Source: an uncultured Thermus sp. (GTDB taxonomy: Bacteria > Deinococcota > Deinococci > Deinococcales > Thermaceae). From it: a DNA stretch of 55,341 nt. The DNA lies in the NCBI GenBank assembly GCA_947085095.1, contig CAMTVD010000010.1, positions 1 through 55,341 of the forward strand, in the 5' to 3' direction. Below, piece by piece: positions 11,230 through 22,613 of the stretch. The notes beneath the pieces are model-generated. The model saw nothing but the letters and a program-made list of their open reading frames with translations, did no database searches and was not told where the DNA came from. Every line of letters starts with the position of its first letter. Position 1 is the stretch's first letter. Made by a program: the position numbers and the translations under genes.

Positions 11230-11876
11230 GCCTTCCTCCCTTTCCAGGGCTCCTTCCAAAGGAACCCCACCACCCCTGCCAGGAATAGACCCCAGGCCGT
11301 CTGGCCCAGGAGGTGAAACCCCAGGGCCACTCCGCCCGCCAGAAGGGCCACCGGGTTCCGCAGGTGGGGCAGGGCCAGGAGGAGAAAAAGGGCCGGAAGG
11401 GCAAAGGCAAGGGCCTCCCCCAACCTGGGCCAGGCCAGAAGCCCCTTGGCCCCCAAGGCCCCCAAGGCGGTACCCAGGTTCCAGGAGAGGTACGCTCCCA
11501 AACCCAGGCCCAGGAAGTAGCCCCGCCTTTCCCCCGGAGGAAGACCAGGAAGGGCCCTTAGGGCCAGGGCGAAGACCTCGTCGGTGAGGAAAAAGGCCTC
11601 CAGGGGGCCTCCTTTCAGGTAGGGCCTCAGGGCCGGGCCGTAGAAGGCGTGGCGCAGGTTAAGGAGAAGGCCCAGGGAGGCCGCCAAAAGGGGCGGCACC
11701 CCCTGGGCCAGAAGCCCCACCAGGGCGAACTGGCTGGCCCCGGCGAAGACCAGAAGGGAGGTGAGCTGGATCCAAAGGTAGCCAAGCCCCGCCTGGGCCC
11801 CCAAGGCGCCAAAGGCCACGGCCACGGGGAAGTAGCCCAGGGCGATGGGCCAGGCAGCCCGCAGGCCTTCTCCCAT
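11226..11876 (-). CDS. azlC: AzlC-family permease
   Basis: PIALGYFPVAVAFG, FAGASQF, NLRHAFYG and LTDEVFA motifs. Confidence 0.9.
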   Translation of the reverse strand: MGEGLRAAWPIALGYFPVAVAFGALGAQAGLGYLWIQLTSLLVFAGASQFALVGLLAQGVPPLLAASLGLLLNLRHAFYGPALRPYLKGGPLEAFFLTDEVFALALRALPGLPPGERRGYFLGLGLGAYLSWNLGTALGALGAKGLLAWPRLGEALAFALPALFLLLALPHLRNPVALLAGGVALGFHLLGQTAWGLFLAGVVGFLWKEPWKGRKA

Positions 11877-11878
11877 CC

Positions 11879-12766
11879 CTAGCGGATCTCCGTCCCGCCC
11901 CAGCGCTCCAAAAGCTTCAAGGCCTCCACGTGGTCGGCCTCCGAGGCCAGCTCCCTTTTGGCCATCTCGTACACCTCCCGGGTGAGGCGAAGCAGGGGGC
12001 TTGGGGCTTTTCCCCCATCCAAAACTCCCATGGCAATCCCCAGGTCCTTCACCAGGAGGCCCAGGGCGAAGGTCTTGGGGAAGGCCCGGGTGACCACCCT
12101 TTGGGGAATCAGGTTCTCCGTGGCGTTAGAGCGGCCGCTGGAGGCGTTAATGACCTCGAGGGCCTTCTCGGCGGACACCCCCTGCCGTACCAGGGCGATA
12201 AGCCCTTCCCCCGCCGCCCAGAGGTTCACCGCCAAAAGGGCGTTGTTGATGGCCTTCACCGCATGCCCCGCCCCCACGGGCCCCACGTGGACCACCTTGG
12301 CGGCGTAGGCCAGGTAGGGCTTCACGTATTCCACGGCCTCAGGGGGCCCTCCCAGCATCACCGTGAGGGTGCCTTTTTCCGCCCCTAAGGTCCCGCCGGA
12401 AACCGGGGCGTCCAGGTAAACCACCCCCTTCTGCAAAAGGCGCTCCGCCAGTTTGCGGCTTCCCTCGGGTTCCCCGCTGGTGGCGTCCACCCAGTAGGTG
12501 CCGGGCCTCAAGTGGGGCCAAAGGGCCTCCGCCACCTCCACCACCTCCTTGGTGGTGGGCAGGCAGGTGAAGATCACCTGGGCCTCCGCCACCTTTTCCA
12601 GGGGCACGGCCTTGGAACCGAACTCCTCCTGGTGCTTTAAGGCCTTGGCAAAGGTGCGGTTCCAGACCAGGGTGGGGAAGCGCTTGGCCAGATGGGCCGC
12701 CATGGGATAGCCCATGGCCCCAAGGCCGAGGAAGGCCACCTTCAGAGAACCTAGCGGCTGACCCAT
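11879..12766 (-). CDS. 3-hydroxyisobutyrate dehydrogenase family NAD(P)-dependent oxidoreductase
   Basis: [20 protein letters not shown], catalytic K in VKAINN and F..L..KDL. Confidence 0.88.
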   Translation of the reverse strand: MGQPLGSLKVAFLGLGAMGYPMAAHLAKRFPTLVWNRTFAKALKHQEEFGSKAVPLEKVAEAQVIFTCLPTTKEVVEVAEALWPHLRPGTYWVDATSGEPEGSRKLAERLLQKGVVYLDAPVSGGTLGAEKGTLTVMLGGPPEAVEYVKPYLAYAAKVVHVGPVGAGHAVKAINNALLAVNLWAAGEGLIALVRQGVSAEKALEVINASSGRSNATENLIPQRVVTRAFPKTFALGLLVKDLGIAMGVLDGGKAPSPLLRLTREVYEMAKRELASEADHVEALKLLERWGGTEIR

Positions 12767-12775
12767 GTCCCCTTT

Positions 12776-13119
12776 TTACCAAAGCCTCAGGAGCTTGGCG
12801 AGGCCCCGGAAAAGGAGGAGGAAGAGAAGGCCAAAGCCCATGGCCACGCCCAGGAAGACGAAAAACCCCGGGCCAAACCCCTCCCCTAGGATCATCCCCC
12901 TAAGCCAAAGCCCCGCGGGGACCGCCAAAAGCCAGCTGAGGAGGAGGCTGGACCAGCTCGGCCGGCGGTAGGTGCCGAGGAAGGGGCTGAGGAGAAGCCA
13001 CACGAAGAGGATGGGGAGGACGTTCCGGGCTAGGCCCTCGAGGCTTACGGGAAGGCCATGGGACCTGAGGCCCACCCAGGCGAAAAGGAGGAGGGCAAGG
13101 AGGTCCAGGAAGAAAAGCC

Positions 13120-13123
<4 letters not shown>
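12776..13123 (-). CDS. DUF3054-like membrane protein
   Basis: Four hydrophobic segments with D....FA..G..SH pattern. Coupled to lipA. Confidence 0.65.
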
Positions 13124-14836
<1,713 letters not shown>

Positions 14837-14869
14837 CGGCCTCTGACCCCAGGGACCTAGGCTAGGGGC

Positions 14870-15061
14870 ATGGACTTGGAAACCCGGCTGGAGATGCCTT
14901 TGGCGCTTGACCCCGAGGCCTTGGACCCTGGGCTTGTGGAGAGGCTGATGGATGAGGTGCTGGGGGTTTTCCGCCAGCACCTTCCCGTGCGGAGCCTCGA
15001 GGGCATCCTGAAGCGGCAGGAGGGCCACTTGATCCTTCTGGTGAACCTGGAGCTGGCCTAG
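14870..15061 (+). CDS. Hypothetical protein (63 aa)
   Basis: Thermus-like codon usage and TAGGCT 6 nt before the ATG. No family recognised. Confidence 0.65.
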   Translation: MDLETRLEMPLALDPEALDPGLVERLMDEVLGVFRQHLPVRSLEGILKRQEGHLILLVNLELA

Positions 15062-15873
15062 GCCAGAAAGCGGGCCAGAAGCCGGTCCCGTAAGGCCTCA
15101 GGGAGGTGGCGGAGAAGAAGGGTCTGCCACCCCCTAGGGGCCACAAGGTAGCGGGCCCTGGGCCTTGGGTCTTGGAGGGCCTTAAGCACCACCTCCGCCA
15201 CCCTCTCGGGGGGCAGGCCCCTTCTGGCGCTGGCCCGGGCCGCCCTGCGGGCCACCTCCAGGTAGCGGCCGTACACCCTTTCCGTACCGGAAGGAGGAGG
15301 TTCCAAGTAGCTTTCCGCCCAGCGTTCCGAACGTTCCCAGATGGGGGTGGCCACGGGCCCCGGTTCCACCAAGACCACCCTCACCCCAAAGGGAAGGAGC
15401 TCCACCCTCAGGGCATCCGCCAGGGCCTCGAGGGCGAACTTGCTGGCGGCGTAGGGTCCCGCCAGGGGCAGGGCTACCAGGCCGGAAACCGAGCCCATGA
15501 GCACCACCCGCCCCCGGGTCTTTCGAAGAAGGGGCAAAAAGGTCCTCACCGTGGCGAAGGCCCCGAGGACGTTCACCTCCAGCACCTGGCGGAAGACGGA
15601 AGGGGGAATAAGCTCCAAGGGCCCCGCCACGGCAATCCCCGCATTGGCCACCAGTCCCTCCAACCCCTCCCCCTCCAGAAGCCTCCTGGCCTGCACAAGG
15701 CTTTCCTCCTGGGTTACATCCAGGAAAAGGGGCACCACCCCCAGGGCGCGAAGGGCCTTTGCATCCTCGGATTTGCGCACCCCGCCATAGACCCGAAAAC
15801 CCCTTTCCGCCAAGAGCCGGGCCGTGGCCAGGCCAATGCCGCTACCCGCTCCCGTGATGAGCACAGCCCCCAT
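15058..15873 (-). CDS. Short-chain dehydrogenase/reductase
   Basis: TGAGSGIG, NAG and YAASK motifs. Confidence 0.92.
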   Translation of the reverse strand: MGAVLITGAGSGIGLATARLLAERGFRVYGGVRKSEDAKALRALGVVPLFLDVTQEESLVQARRLLEGEGLEGLVANAGIAVAGPLELIPPSVFRQVLEVNVLGAFATVRTFLPLLRKTRGRVVLMGSVSGLVALPLAGPYAASKFALEALADALRVELLPFGVRVVLVEPGPVATPIWERSERWAESYLEPPPSGTERVYGRYLEVARRAARASARRGLPPERVAEVVLKALQDPRPRARYLVAPRGWQTLLLRHLPEALRDRLLARFLA

Positions 15874-15886
15874 AGGAAAAGCTTAA

Positions 15887-15910
15887 GGACCCCCGGCATC
15901 CCAGGGGTCC
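15887..15910 (-). terminator. Putative terminator after rplI
   Basis: GGACCCC..GGGGTCC stem followed on the minus strand by TTAAGCTTTT. Confidence 0.55.
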
Positions 15911-15938
15911 CAAGGCAGCCTGCCGGATCCCCAGGCCC

Positions 15939-16382
15939 CTACTGGGCCACCACGCTCACCTTCAAGGCGATCGGCACCTCGGGGTGGGGCTTGTAGGTGA
16001 GGACGTACTCCCCCAGCTCCTTGATGGGCTTTTCCAGCACCAGGCGCTTGGGATCAATGGTGATGCCGTGCTGGCGCGAAAGGGCCTCGGCGACATCCTT
16101 GGCGGTCACGGAGCCGTAGATCTTGGTCTCCCCCGCCCGCACCGGAATGGTGAGGGTGAGGTTCTCCAGGATCTCCTTAAGCCTCTCCGCCTCCGCCTTC
16201 CTCTCCGCCAGGCGCTTGGCCTGGGCGCGGATCTTGGCCTCGAGGGCCTTCAGGTTGCTCTCGGTGGCCAAAACCGCTAGCCCCCTAGGCAGGAGGTAGT
16301 TCTTGGCGTAACCCGGCTTCACCTTCACCACCTGGCCCACGTCGCCCAGGTTCTCCAGGGGTTCAAGCAGGATGACCTTCAC
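15939..16382 (-). CDS. rplI: 50S ribosomal protein L9
   Basis: MKVILLEPLENLG..VKPGYAKNYLLPRGLA. Confidence 0.98.
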   Translation of the reverse strand: MKVILLEPLENLGDVGQVVKVKPGYAKNYLLPRGLAVLATESNLKALEAKIRAQAKRLAERKAEAERLKEILENLTLTIPVRAGETKIYGSVTAKDVAEALSRQHGITIDPKRLVLEKPIKELGEYVLTYKPHPEVPIALKVSVVAQ

Positions 16383-16392
16383 CGTCCACCCC

Positions 16393-16659
16393 CTATTTCC
16401 GCACCAGCTTTTCCGTGAAGGGCAGAAGCCCCAGAACCCTGGCCCGCTTGATGGTCTTGGCCAGGATGCGCTGCTCCTTGGCGGAAAGCCCCGTGCGGCG
16501 GCGGGGAAGAATCTTCCCCGTCTCCGAGAGGAACCGCCTCAGCACCTCCACGTTCCGGTAGTCCTTCAGGTCAAACTCCCCCAGGCTGGCCTTGACCTTG
16601 GCCTTCCTGGAAGGGCGCTTCTGCGCCTCCTTCTTGGGTTTAGCGTTCTTCGTGCTCAA
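16393..16659 (-). CDS. rpsR: 30S ribosomal protein S18
   Basis: [37 protein letters not shown] start overlaps the ssb stop; 88 aa. Confidence 0.96.
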   Translation of the reverse strand: MSTKNAKPKKEAQKRPSRKAKVKASLGEFDLKDYRNVEVLRRFLSETGKILPRRRTGLSAKEQRILAKTIKRARVLGLLPFTEKLVRK

Positions 16660-17459
16660 AACGGCAAATCCTCCTCCGGCGGGAAGTCTTCCAGTCCCTC
16701 GTCTATGTCCACCCCGCCCGTCTGGTCCCTTGGGGGCCTGCTTCCGCCGGCTTGGGCAGGCCCACGGGTGGGGCGCTCCAGCCTCTGGGCTTCCACACGG
16801 GTTTGGAAGCGCCGCTCTCCACTGGAGCTCGTCCAGGAGTCGTTCACCAAACGGCCGATGACCAAAAGCCCGTCGCCCTTCTTGAGCTCCGAGGCCCACT
16901 CGGCCAGCTCGCGCCAGGCCTGAACCTCCACGAAGTGGGTCCTCTCGGCATTTACCGCTTCCTGGCCCCGGCGGCGCTCGTTCACCGCCAGGCCCAGGCG
17001 CACCACCGCCGTCCCCTGGGGGGTGTAGCGGAGGTCCGGGTCCCGGGTGAGGTTGCCCATGAGGATCACCTGGTTCAGGGCCCGGCGTAGCCTGGGCTGG
17101 CCCCGGGCGTCCTCCTGGGTCTCCCGGCCCCTCCCCTCCAGGGGGTCTATGAAATCCGCCCGCACCTGGACTTCGCTCCGCTTCTCCCCGTCCCTTTCCC
17201 ACTGGCGGTACTCCAGGCGGCCCTCCACGAAGATGGTCTGGCCCTTCTCCAGGAGGTCCCCCCACATCTCCGCCTGGCGGCCCAAAAGCCTAACCCGGTG
17301 GTACCAGGGGATCTCCCTTTCCTGGCCAGACTCGTCCGTGAAGACGTCCTGGCCCGCCAGGTTCAGGTCCAGGATGGCCAGTCCCCCCGCCGTGTACTTC
17401 ATGTCGGGACGGGCGGTCAGGGTGCCGATGAGGAAGACTTGGTTCAGGCCTCTTGCCAT
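16656..17459 (-). CDS. ssb: Single-stranded DNA-binding protein, tandem OB-fold Deinococcus-Thermus type
   Basis: Two NxV.L.G.LT..PD..YT repeats and an acidic EEDLPF tail. Confidence 0.97.
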   Translation of the reverse strand: MARGLNQVFLIGTLTARPDMKYTAGGLAILDLNLAGQDVFTDESGQEREIPWYHRVRLLGRQAEMWGDLLEKGQTIFVEGRLEYRQWERDGEKRSEVQVRADFIDPLEGRGRETQEDARGQPRLRRALNQVILMGNLTRDPDLRYTPQGTAVVRLGLAVNERRRGQEAVNAERTHFVEVQAWRELAEWASELKKGDGLLVIGRLVNDSWTSSSGERRFQTRVEAQRLERPTRGPAQAGGSRPPRDQTGGVDIDEGLEDFPPEEDLPF

Positions 17460-17468
17460 GGGAAAAGT

Positions 17469-17774
17469 CTACGCCCTAGAGAGCAGGGGCTCCACGGTCT
17501 TGACCACCATCACCCGGCGCACGTTGTCGCGGATGCGGAGCTCCCGGGCCAGCTCGTTGACCCGGTCCTCGGGCATCTCCACCTGGTAGAAGAGGAAGAA
17601 GCCCTGGGGGTCCTTGGCGATGGGGTAGGCCAGGCGGCGCACCCCCCACTCCTCCACCTTCTCCACCCTGGCCCCGTGGGCCTCGAGGGCCTTGGCGATG
17701 ATCTCCTTCTCCAAGGCGAGCTGGGTCTGGTCCAGGTTGGGGCTCAGGATGATGTTGACCTCGTACTTGCGCAT
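17469..17774 (-). CDS. rpsF: 30S ribosomal protein S6
   Basis: MRKYEVNIILSP..WGVRRLAYPI; 101 aa. Confidence 0.97.
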   Translation of the reverse strand: MRKYEVNIILSPNLDQTQLALEKEIIAKALEAHGARVEKVEEWGVRRLAYPIAKDPQGFFLFYQVEMPEDRVNELARELRIRDNVRRVMVVKTVEPLLSRA

Positions 17775-17871
17775 CTTCACCTCCCTTCCGGGCCCGGCAG
17801 GCCGCACGAAGGAGGATTATACCCCTTTTCTCCCCCAAATAAAAGACCCAGGGGGCCCTAAGGCCCCCATC

Positions 17872-17947
17872 TGGCTCCGCGGGCAGGATTCGAACCTGCG
17901 ACCAACCGGTTAACAGCCGGCCGCTCTACCAGCTGAGCTACCGCGGA
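17872..17947 (-). tRNA. tRNA-Asn(GTT)
   Basis: Minus strand TCCGCGGTAGCTCAG..CTGTTAA..GGTTCGAATCC..CCGCGGAGCCA; 76 nt with encoded CCA. Confidence 0.97.
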
Positions 17948-18031
17948 CCGACCGCACTAGGCACTATAGCAAGGGGGCCGGAAAAGGTCAAGAAGCCCCG
18001 GGCAAGCCCAGGGCCTCGGGAAAAACAGGTG

Positions 18032-19384
18032 TCAGAGCTTCTTCAGGGCCTGGGTGAGCTCGGTGAAAACCTTCTGGGCGTCCCCGTAGAGCATCCGGGT
18101 GTTGTCCGCGTAGAAGAGCTCGTTCTCCACCCCGGCAAAGCCCTTGCCCTGGCCCCGCTTGACCACGATCACGTTCTTGGCCTTGTCCACGTCCAGGATG
18201 GGCATGCCGTAGAGGGGGCTCCCGGGGCGGCGGGCGGCGGGGTTCACCACGTCGTTGGCCCCCACGACCACGGCCACGTCCACGGTGGGGAACTCGGGGT
18301 TGATCTCCTCGAGGTCCTTGAGCTTGTCGTAATCCACCCCGGCCTCGGCCAGGAGGACGTTCATGTGCCCGGGCATCCGCCCCGCCACCGGGTGGATGGC
18401 GAACTTCACCTCCACCCCCCGGGCCTCGAGGAGGTCCGCAAGCTCCTTCACCTTGTGCTGGGCCTGGGAGAGGGCCATGCCGTAGCCGGGGACGAAGACC
18501 ACCTTGCTGGCGTAGGCCAGCATGACGGCGGCGTCCTCCACGTCAATGGGCTTGAGGCTCCCCTGAACCTCCCCTGTTTCCTGCTCCACGCCAAAACCGC
18601 CCACGAGCACGCTCCACACCGAGCGGTTCATGGCCCTGGCCATGAGCACGGTGAGCAGGGTACCCGCCGCTCCCACCAGGGTGCCCGCCACCATGAGGGC
18701 GGCGTTCCCGATGGCGAAACCCTCAAAGCCCACGGCCATGCCGGTGAAAGCGTTGTAGAAGGAGATGGCCACGGGCATGTCCCCGCCGCCAATGGGCAGG
18801 GTCATGAGGACGCCGAAGAGGAGGGCCAGGAGGAAGAAGAGGGCAATGTTCAAAGTGGCATCGTTAAAGAGCAGGAAGAAGCCCAAAACCACAGCGGCGA
18901 GGAGGACCAGGGCGTTCACCACCTTCTGCCCCGGGAAGAGGATGGGGCGGCTACGCATGATGCCCTGGAGCTTGGCGAAGGCGATGAGGCTGCCGGTGAA
19001 GGCCACGCTGCCGATGAGCCCGCCCAATATGGCCAGGGTCATCAGCCCCTGGTTATCAAAGGCTCCCTTGAGGAGCTCCACCGCGGCGATGGTGGCGGCG
19101 GCGCCACCGCCCATGCCGTTGTAGATGGCCACCATCTGGGGCATGTCGGTCATGGCCACCTTGACCGCCGCCCACCAGGCCACCACCGACCCCACGAGGA
19201 GGGCCAGGAACATGAGGGAGAAGTTCTCCATCCCCGGCCAGAAGAAGGTGGCCAGGACCGCCAAGACCATGCCCCATCCCGACCAGACGATGCCGCTCTT
19301 GGCGGTGGTGGGGTGGGCCATGCGCTTCAAGCCCACGATGAAGAGGATGGCCACCACGAAATAGGCCGCCTGGATAAGGTCCAT
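18032..19384 (-). CDS. pntB: NAD(P) transhydrogenase beta subunit
   Basis: MPQMVA, IGGGDMPV, PGYGMA, HPVAGRMPGHMNV and GANDVVNPAA. Confidence 0.97.
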   Translation of the reverse strand: MDLIQAAYFVVAILFIVGLKRMAHPTTAKSGIVWSGWGMVLAVLATFFWPGMENFSLMFLALLVGSVVAWWAAVKVAMTDMPQMVAIYNGMGGGAAATIAAVELLKGAFDNQGLMTLAILGGLIGSVAFTGSLIAFAKLQGIMRSRPILFPGQKVVNALVLLAAVVLGFFLLFNDATLNIALFFLLALLFGVLMTLPIGGGDMPVAISFYNAFTGMAVGFEGFAIGNAALMVAGTLVGAAGTLLTVLMARAMNRSVWSVLVGGFGVEQETGEVQGSLKPIDVEDAAVMLAYASKVVFVPGYGMALSQAQHKVKELADLLEARGVEVKFAIHPVAGRMPGHMNVLLAEAGVDYDKLKDLEEINPEFPTVDVAVVVGANDVVNPAARRPGSPLYGMPILDVDKAKNVIVVKRGQGKGFAGVENELFYADNTRMLYGDAQKVFTELTQALKKL

Positions 19385-19686
19385 TACTGACCACCCCCCT
19401 TGCCCGGTTTTTTCTCAAACATCTCCAGCATGCGCACCGTGACCGCGTACCCCCCGGCGGCATTGGCCGCCCCTAGGATCACCCCAAGAAAGCCGATGAA
19501 CTTCTCCACGCCCGTTTCTGCATGGCCCAGGATCACCATGGCCCCCACCACCACCACCCCGTGGATGAAGTTGGAACCGGACATCAGGGGGGTGTGCAGG
19601 ATCACCGGCACCCGGGTGATGAGCTCGTACCCCAAGAAAGCCGTGAGCACGAAGATGTAAAGGGCAGACCAGAAGCCAAACTCCAT
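19384..19686 (-). CDS. NAD(P) transhydrogenase alpha-2 (membrane) subunit
   Basis: LHTPLMSGSNFIHG and GGYAVTVRMLEMF; 100 aa. Confidence 0.93.
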   Translation of the reverse strand: MEFGFWSALYIFVLTAFLGYELITRVPVILHTPLMSGSNFIHGVVVVGAMVILGHAETGVEKFIGFLGVILGAANAAGGYAVTVRMLEMFEKKPGKGGGQ

Positions 19687-20813
19687 CACGCACCTCCCAG
19701 AAGGGCCTTGGTGGGCCCATGCAGGATCTCCCCTTCCCTCATAAGAAGGGCCCCCTGAACGATCTCGTCTTCCCACTTGGGGGCGAACTCCCCCTTCTCT
19801 ATGAGCAAGGCGGAGAGGTTGAGCAGGTTTTTGGCGTACATCTCCGAGGCGTGGACGGAAAGCTCGCTGGGCAGGTTCAGGGGGCCAAAGATGCGCACCC
19901 CCTTCACCTCCACCACCTCCCCCGGCCTGGTGAGGACGCAGTTCCCTCCGGACTCCGCCGCCAGGTCCACCACCACCGTGCCGGGCTTGAGGCGGTCCAT
20001 CATGTCCTCGGTGAGGAGGATGGGGGCGCGGCGGCCAGGCACCTGGGCCGTGGTGATGATGACATCCATCCCCGCCACATGCTCGCGAAGGGCCTCGTGC
20101 TGGATGCGCTTCTCCTCCTCGGTGAGCTCCCGGGCGTACCCGCCCTCCCCCTCGGCGCTGATGGGGAGCTCAATGGGCTTGGCCCCCAGGGAGAGGGCCT
20201 GCTCCACCGCCGCCTTGCGCACATCGTAGGCGAAGACCTGGGCCCCCAGGCGCTTGACGGTGGCGATGGCCATGAGACCCGCCACCCCCACCCCCATGAC
20301 CATCACCTTGGCGGGGCGGATGGTGCCGGCGGCGGTGGTGAGCATGGGGAAGAAGCGGGGGGAAAGCCGGGCGGCGTGAATGGCGGCCAGGTACCCCGCC
20401 ACCGTGGCCTGGCTGGAGAGGGCGTCCATGCTCTGGGCCCGGGTGATGCGGGGGATGAGCTCCATGGCCAGGACCGTGGCCTTCTTGGCAGCCAAGGCCT
20501 TGACCAGCTCGGGGTTCTTGTGGGCCTGGACGAAACCCACCACCAGGCACCCGGGCTCGAGGGCCTGGATCAGGTCCTCGCTGGGCGGCTGCACGGTGAA
20601 GAGGAGGTTGGCCCCTTTCAGGAGCCCTCCTCGCTCCACCAGCTCCGCTCCCGCATCCTGGTAGAGGGAGTCGGGGTAGTAGGCCCCTTCCCCGGCCCCT
20701 CGCTCCACCCGTACCCTGGCCCCCTGCTTTACCAGGCGGGCCACCACCTCGGGCACCAGGGCCACCCTTCTCTCCCCTGATGCCCTTTCCTTGGGAACCG
20801 CGATGGTCACCAT
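19686..20813 (-). CDS. pntA: NAD(P) transhydrogenase alpha-1 (domain I)
   Basis: VPKE..ERRVAL.P, PRITRAQSMDALSSQ, GVGVAGL and DLAAESGGNC. Start MVTIAV with GGAGG SD. Confidence 0.95.
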   Translation of the reverse strand: MVTIAVPKERASGERRVALVPEVVARLVKQGARVRVERGAGEGAYYPDSLYQDAGAELVERGGLLKGANLLFTVQPPSEDLIQALEPGCLVVGFVQAHKNPELVKALAAKKATVLAMELIPRITRAQSMDALSSQATVAGYLAAIHAARLSPRFFPMLTTAAGTIRPAKVMVMGVGVAGLMAIATVKRLGAQVFAYDVRKAAVEQALSLGAKPIELPISAEGEGGYARELTEEEKRIQHEALREHVAGMDVIITTAQVPGRRAPILLTEDMMDRLKPGTVVVDLAAESGGNCVLTRPGEVVEVKGVRIFGPLNLPSELSVHASEMYAKNLLNLSALLIEKGEFAPKWEDEIVQGALLMREGEILHGPTKALLGGA

Positions 20814-20918
20814 AGGACCTCCTTCCGCGCCAGTATACCAACGGAGGCCAGGGCGTTTGCCCCGCACCAAGAGGCTGACTTTCTGGTCAGGAGCAGTCCC
20901 CTGTGGGAGAATGCCCCC

Positions 20919-21803
20919 ATGCGGCCCTCGGGATGGAAGATCGCAGCGGTCCTCCTTCTGGGCCTCCTGGCCATCAGCTTCGGGAGCATCCTGGTGCGGC
21001 TGGCCCTGGCCGCCTCTTCTGACACGAGCCTGGCCTTCAGCCTGGTGATGAGTGCGGGACGCATGGGCTTCGCCGCCCTCCTCCTCCTTCCCGGCTGGCG
21101 GAAGCCCATTGCAGAAAAAACTGGCCTCCCCTTCGCGGTGGCAGCGGGGGTGGCCCTGGCCCTCCACTTCGCCTTCTGGATCACCTCCCTCTCCTACACC
21201 TCCGTGGCCGCCAGCACCGCCTTGGTCACCACGAACCCGGTCTGGATCACCCTCTTCGGCTGGCTCTTCTTCAGGGAAAGGCCCTCTGGCCTCACCCTCC
21301 TGGGGGTGGGGGTGGCCCTTATGGGTGGCCTCCTCATCGGCCTGGGGGACGCGGAGGGTGGGGGCACGAACCCCCTTTTGGGGGACCTCCTGGCGGTCTT
21401 GGGGGCGGTGGCCGCCTCCTTCTACTTCCTTCTGGGACGGGAGGCCCAAAGGCGGGGGCTCTCCCTCCTGGAATACGTGCGGGTGGCCTACACCACCGCC
21501 TTCTTAGTCCTCTTTCCCCTCCCCTACCTCTTCGGCGGGGGGTACGGAGGGTACCCGGGGGTGGTCTACGTGTACATCCTGCTGATGGCCCTTCTGCCCC
21601 AGCTGGTGGGCCATACCAGCTTCAACTGGGCCACCCGGCACATCCCCCCGGTGCTGGTAACCCTGGCCATCCTCTTTGAACCGGTGGGGGCAAGCCTCCT
21701 GGCCTTCCTCCTCTTCGGGGAGCTCCCCGGTCCCCAGGTGCTCTTGGGGGCCCTGGTCCTCCTCCTGGGGGTGGCCCTGGCGATCCTGGGGGGGCGGCGG
21801 TGA
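20919..21803 (+). CDS. DMT/EamA family transporter
   Basis: Ten TM-like segments; HFAFWITSL.YTSVA and GHTSFNWA..EPV. Confidence 0.85.
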   Translation: MRPSGWKIAAVLLLGLLAISFGSILVRLALAASSDTSLAFSLVMSAGRMGFAALLLLPGWRKPIAEKTGLPFAVAAGVALALHFAFWITSLSYTSVAASTALVTTNPVWITLFGWLFFRERPSGLTLLGVGVALMGGLLIGLGDAEGGGTNPLLGDLLAVLGAVAASFYFLLGREAQRRGLSLLEYVRVAYTTAFLVLFPLPYLFGGGYGGYPGVVYVYILLMALLPQLVGHTSFNWATRHIPPVLVTLAILFEPVGASLLAFLLFGELPGPQVLLGALVLLLGVALAILGGRR

Positions 21804-22612
21804 TCCCGGTGGCCTTGGCCGCCCTCCTCTGGGGTTTGGGAGGTGCCCTGGCGGGGCGGTTCATGCGGGAAATCCCCCCGGAGGTACTCATCCCCTTGCG
21901 CTTCCTCCTGAGCTTTCTCCTCCTCCTGCCCCTGGTCCTCCGCCACCCCCCTTCCCGGGAGGAAAGGCCCCGCCTCTTCCGGGTGGGCCTGGCCCTCTCC
22001 GGGGCCCAGGCCTTTTACTACCTGGCCATCCACGCCACCACGGTGGCCACGGGCATCTTCCTCCAGTACCTGGCCCCGGCCCTCCTCACCCTCCACGCCC
22101 TCCTCAAGAGGGAAAAGCTACCGGGAAGGGCCCTTTGGGGCGTGGGCCTGGCCCTTCTGGGGGCCTACGTGCTGGTGGTGGGCCGGGAGGGCCTCTCGGG
22201 AAGTTCTCTAGGGGTGGCCTTCGGCCTTCTCTCTGCGCTCTCCTTCGCCCTCTACGCCGCTTTCTCCCACGGGCTCAAGACCCCGCCCCTGGTCAGCCTG
22301 GGGGTGGCCACGGGGGTGGGCACCCTCCTGGCCCTCCCTTTTCTCCTGACCAATCTGGACCAGGCGTTCGCCCTCACCCCGGGCCAGTGGGGGGCCGTCT
22401 TCTACCTGGTCACCTTGGGCACGGTGGTGCCCTTTGGCCTCTTCCTCCTGGGGGTACGCACCCTTCCTGCCCGCACCGCCACCCTGGTGGCCATGCTGGA
22501 GCCCCTGAGCGGAGCCCTCTTCGCCTGGCCCCTGGCGGGGGAGCCCCTGCGGCCGGAGGCCCTCCTCGGGGGCCTTATGATTCTCCTGGGCGTGGCCCTG
22601 AACCGGAGGTGA
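21800..22612 (+). CDS. DMT/EamA family transporter
   Basis: Hydrophobic; LQYLAP and LEP..GALFA..GE motifs. Confidence 0.85.
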   Translation: MIPVALAALLWGLGGALAGRFMREIPPEVLIPLRFLLSFLLLLPLVLRHPPSREERPRLFRVGLALSGAQAFYYLAIHATTVATGIFLQYLAPALLTLHALLKREKLPGRALWGVGLALLGAYVLVVGREGLSGSSLGVAFGLLSALSFALYAAFSHGLKTPPLVSLGVATGVGTLLALPFLLTNLDQAFALTPGQWGAVFYLVTLGTVVPFGLFLLGVRTLPARTATLVAMLEPLSGALFAWPLAGEPLRPEALLGGLMILLGVALNRR

Positions 22613-22613
22613 C

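Noticed and set aside
16656..17459. Internally duplicated SSB
   Set aside because: Normal two-OB-fold SSB of Deinococcus-Thermus, intact and without a frameshift.
18032..20813. Split pntA; 587-aa ORF 19686-21449
   Set aside because: A three-subunit transhydrogenase is established in Thermus. The ORF extension is antisense to the EamA gene; the real start is 20813.
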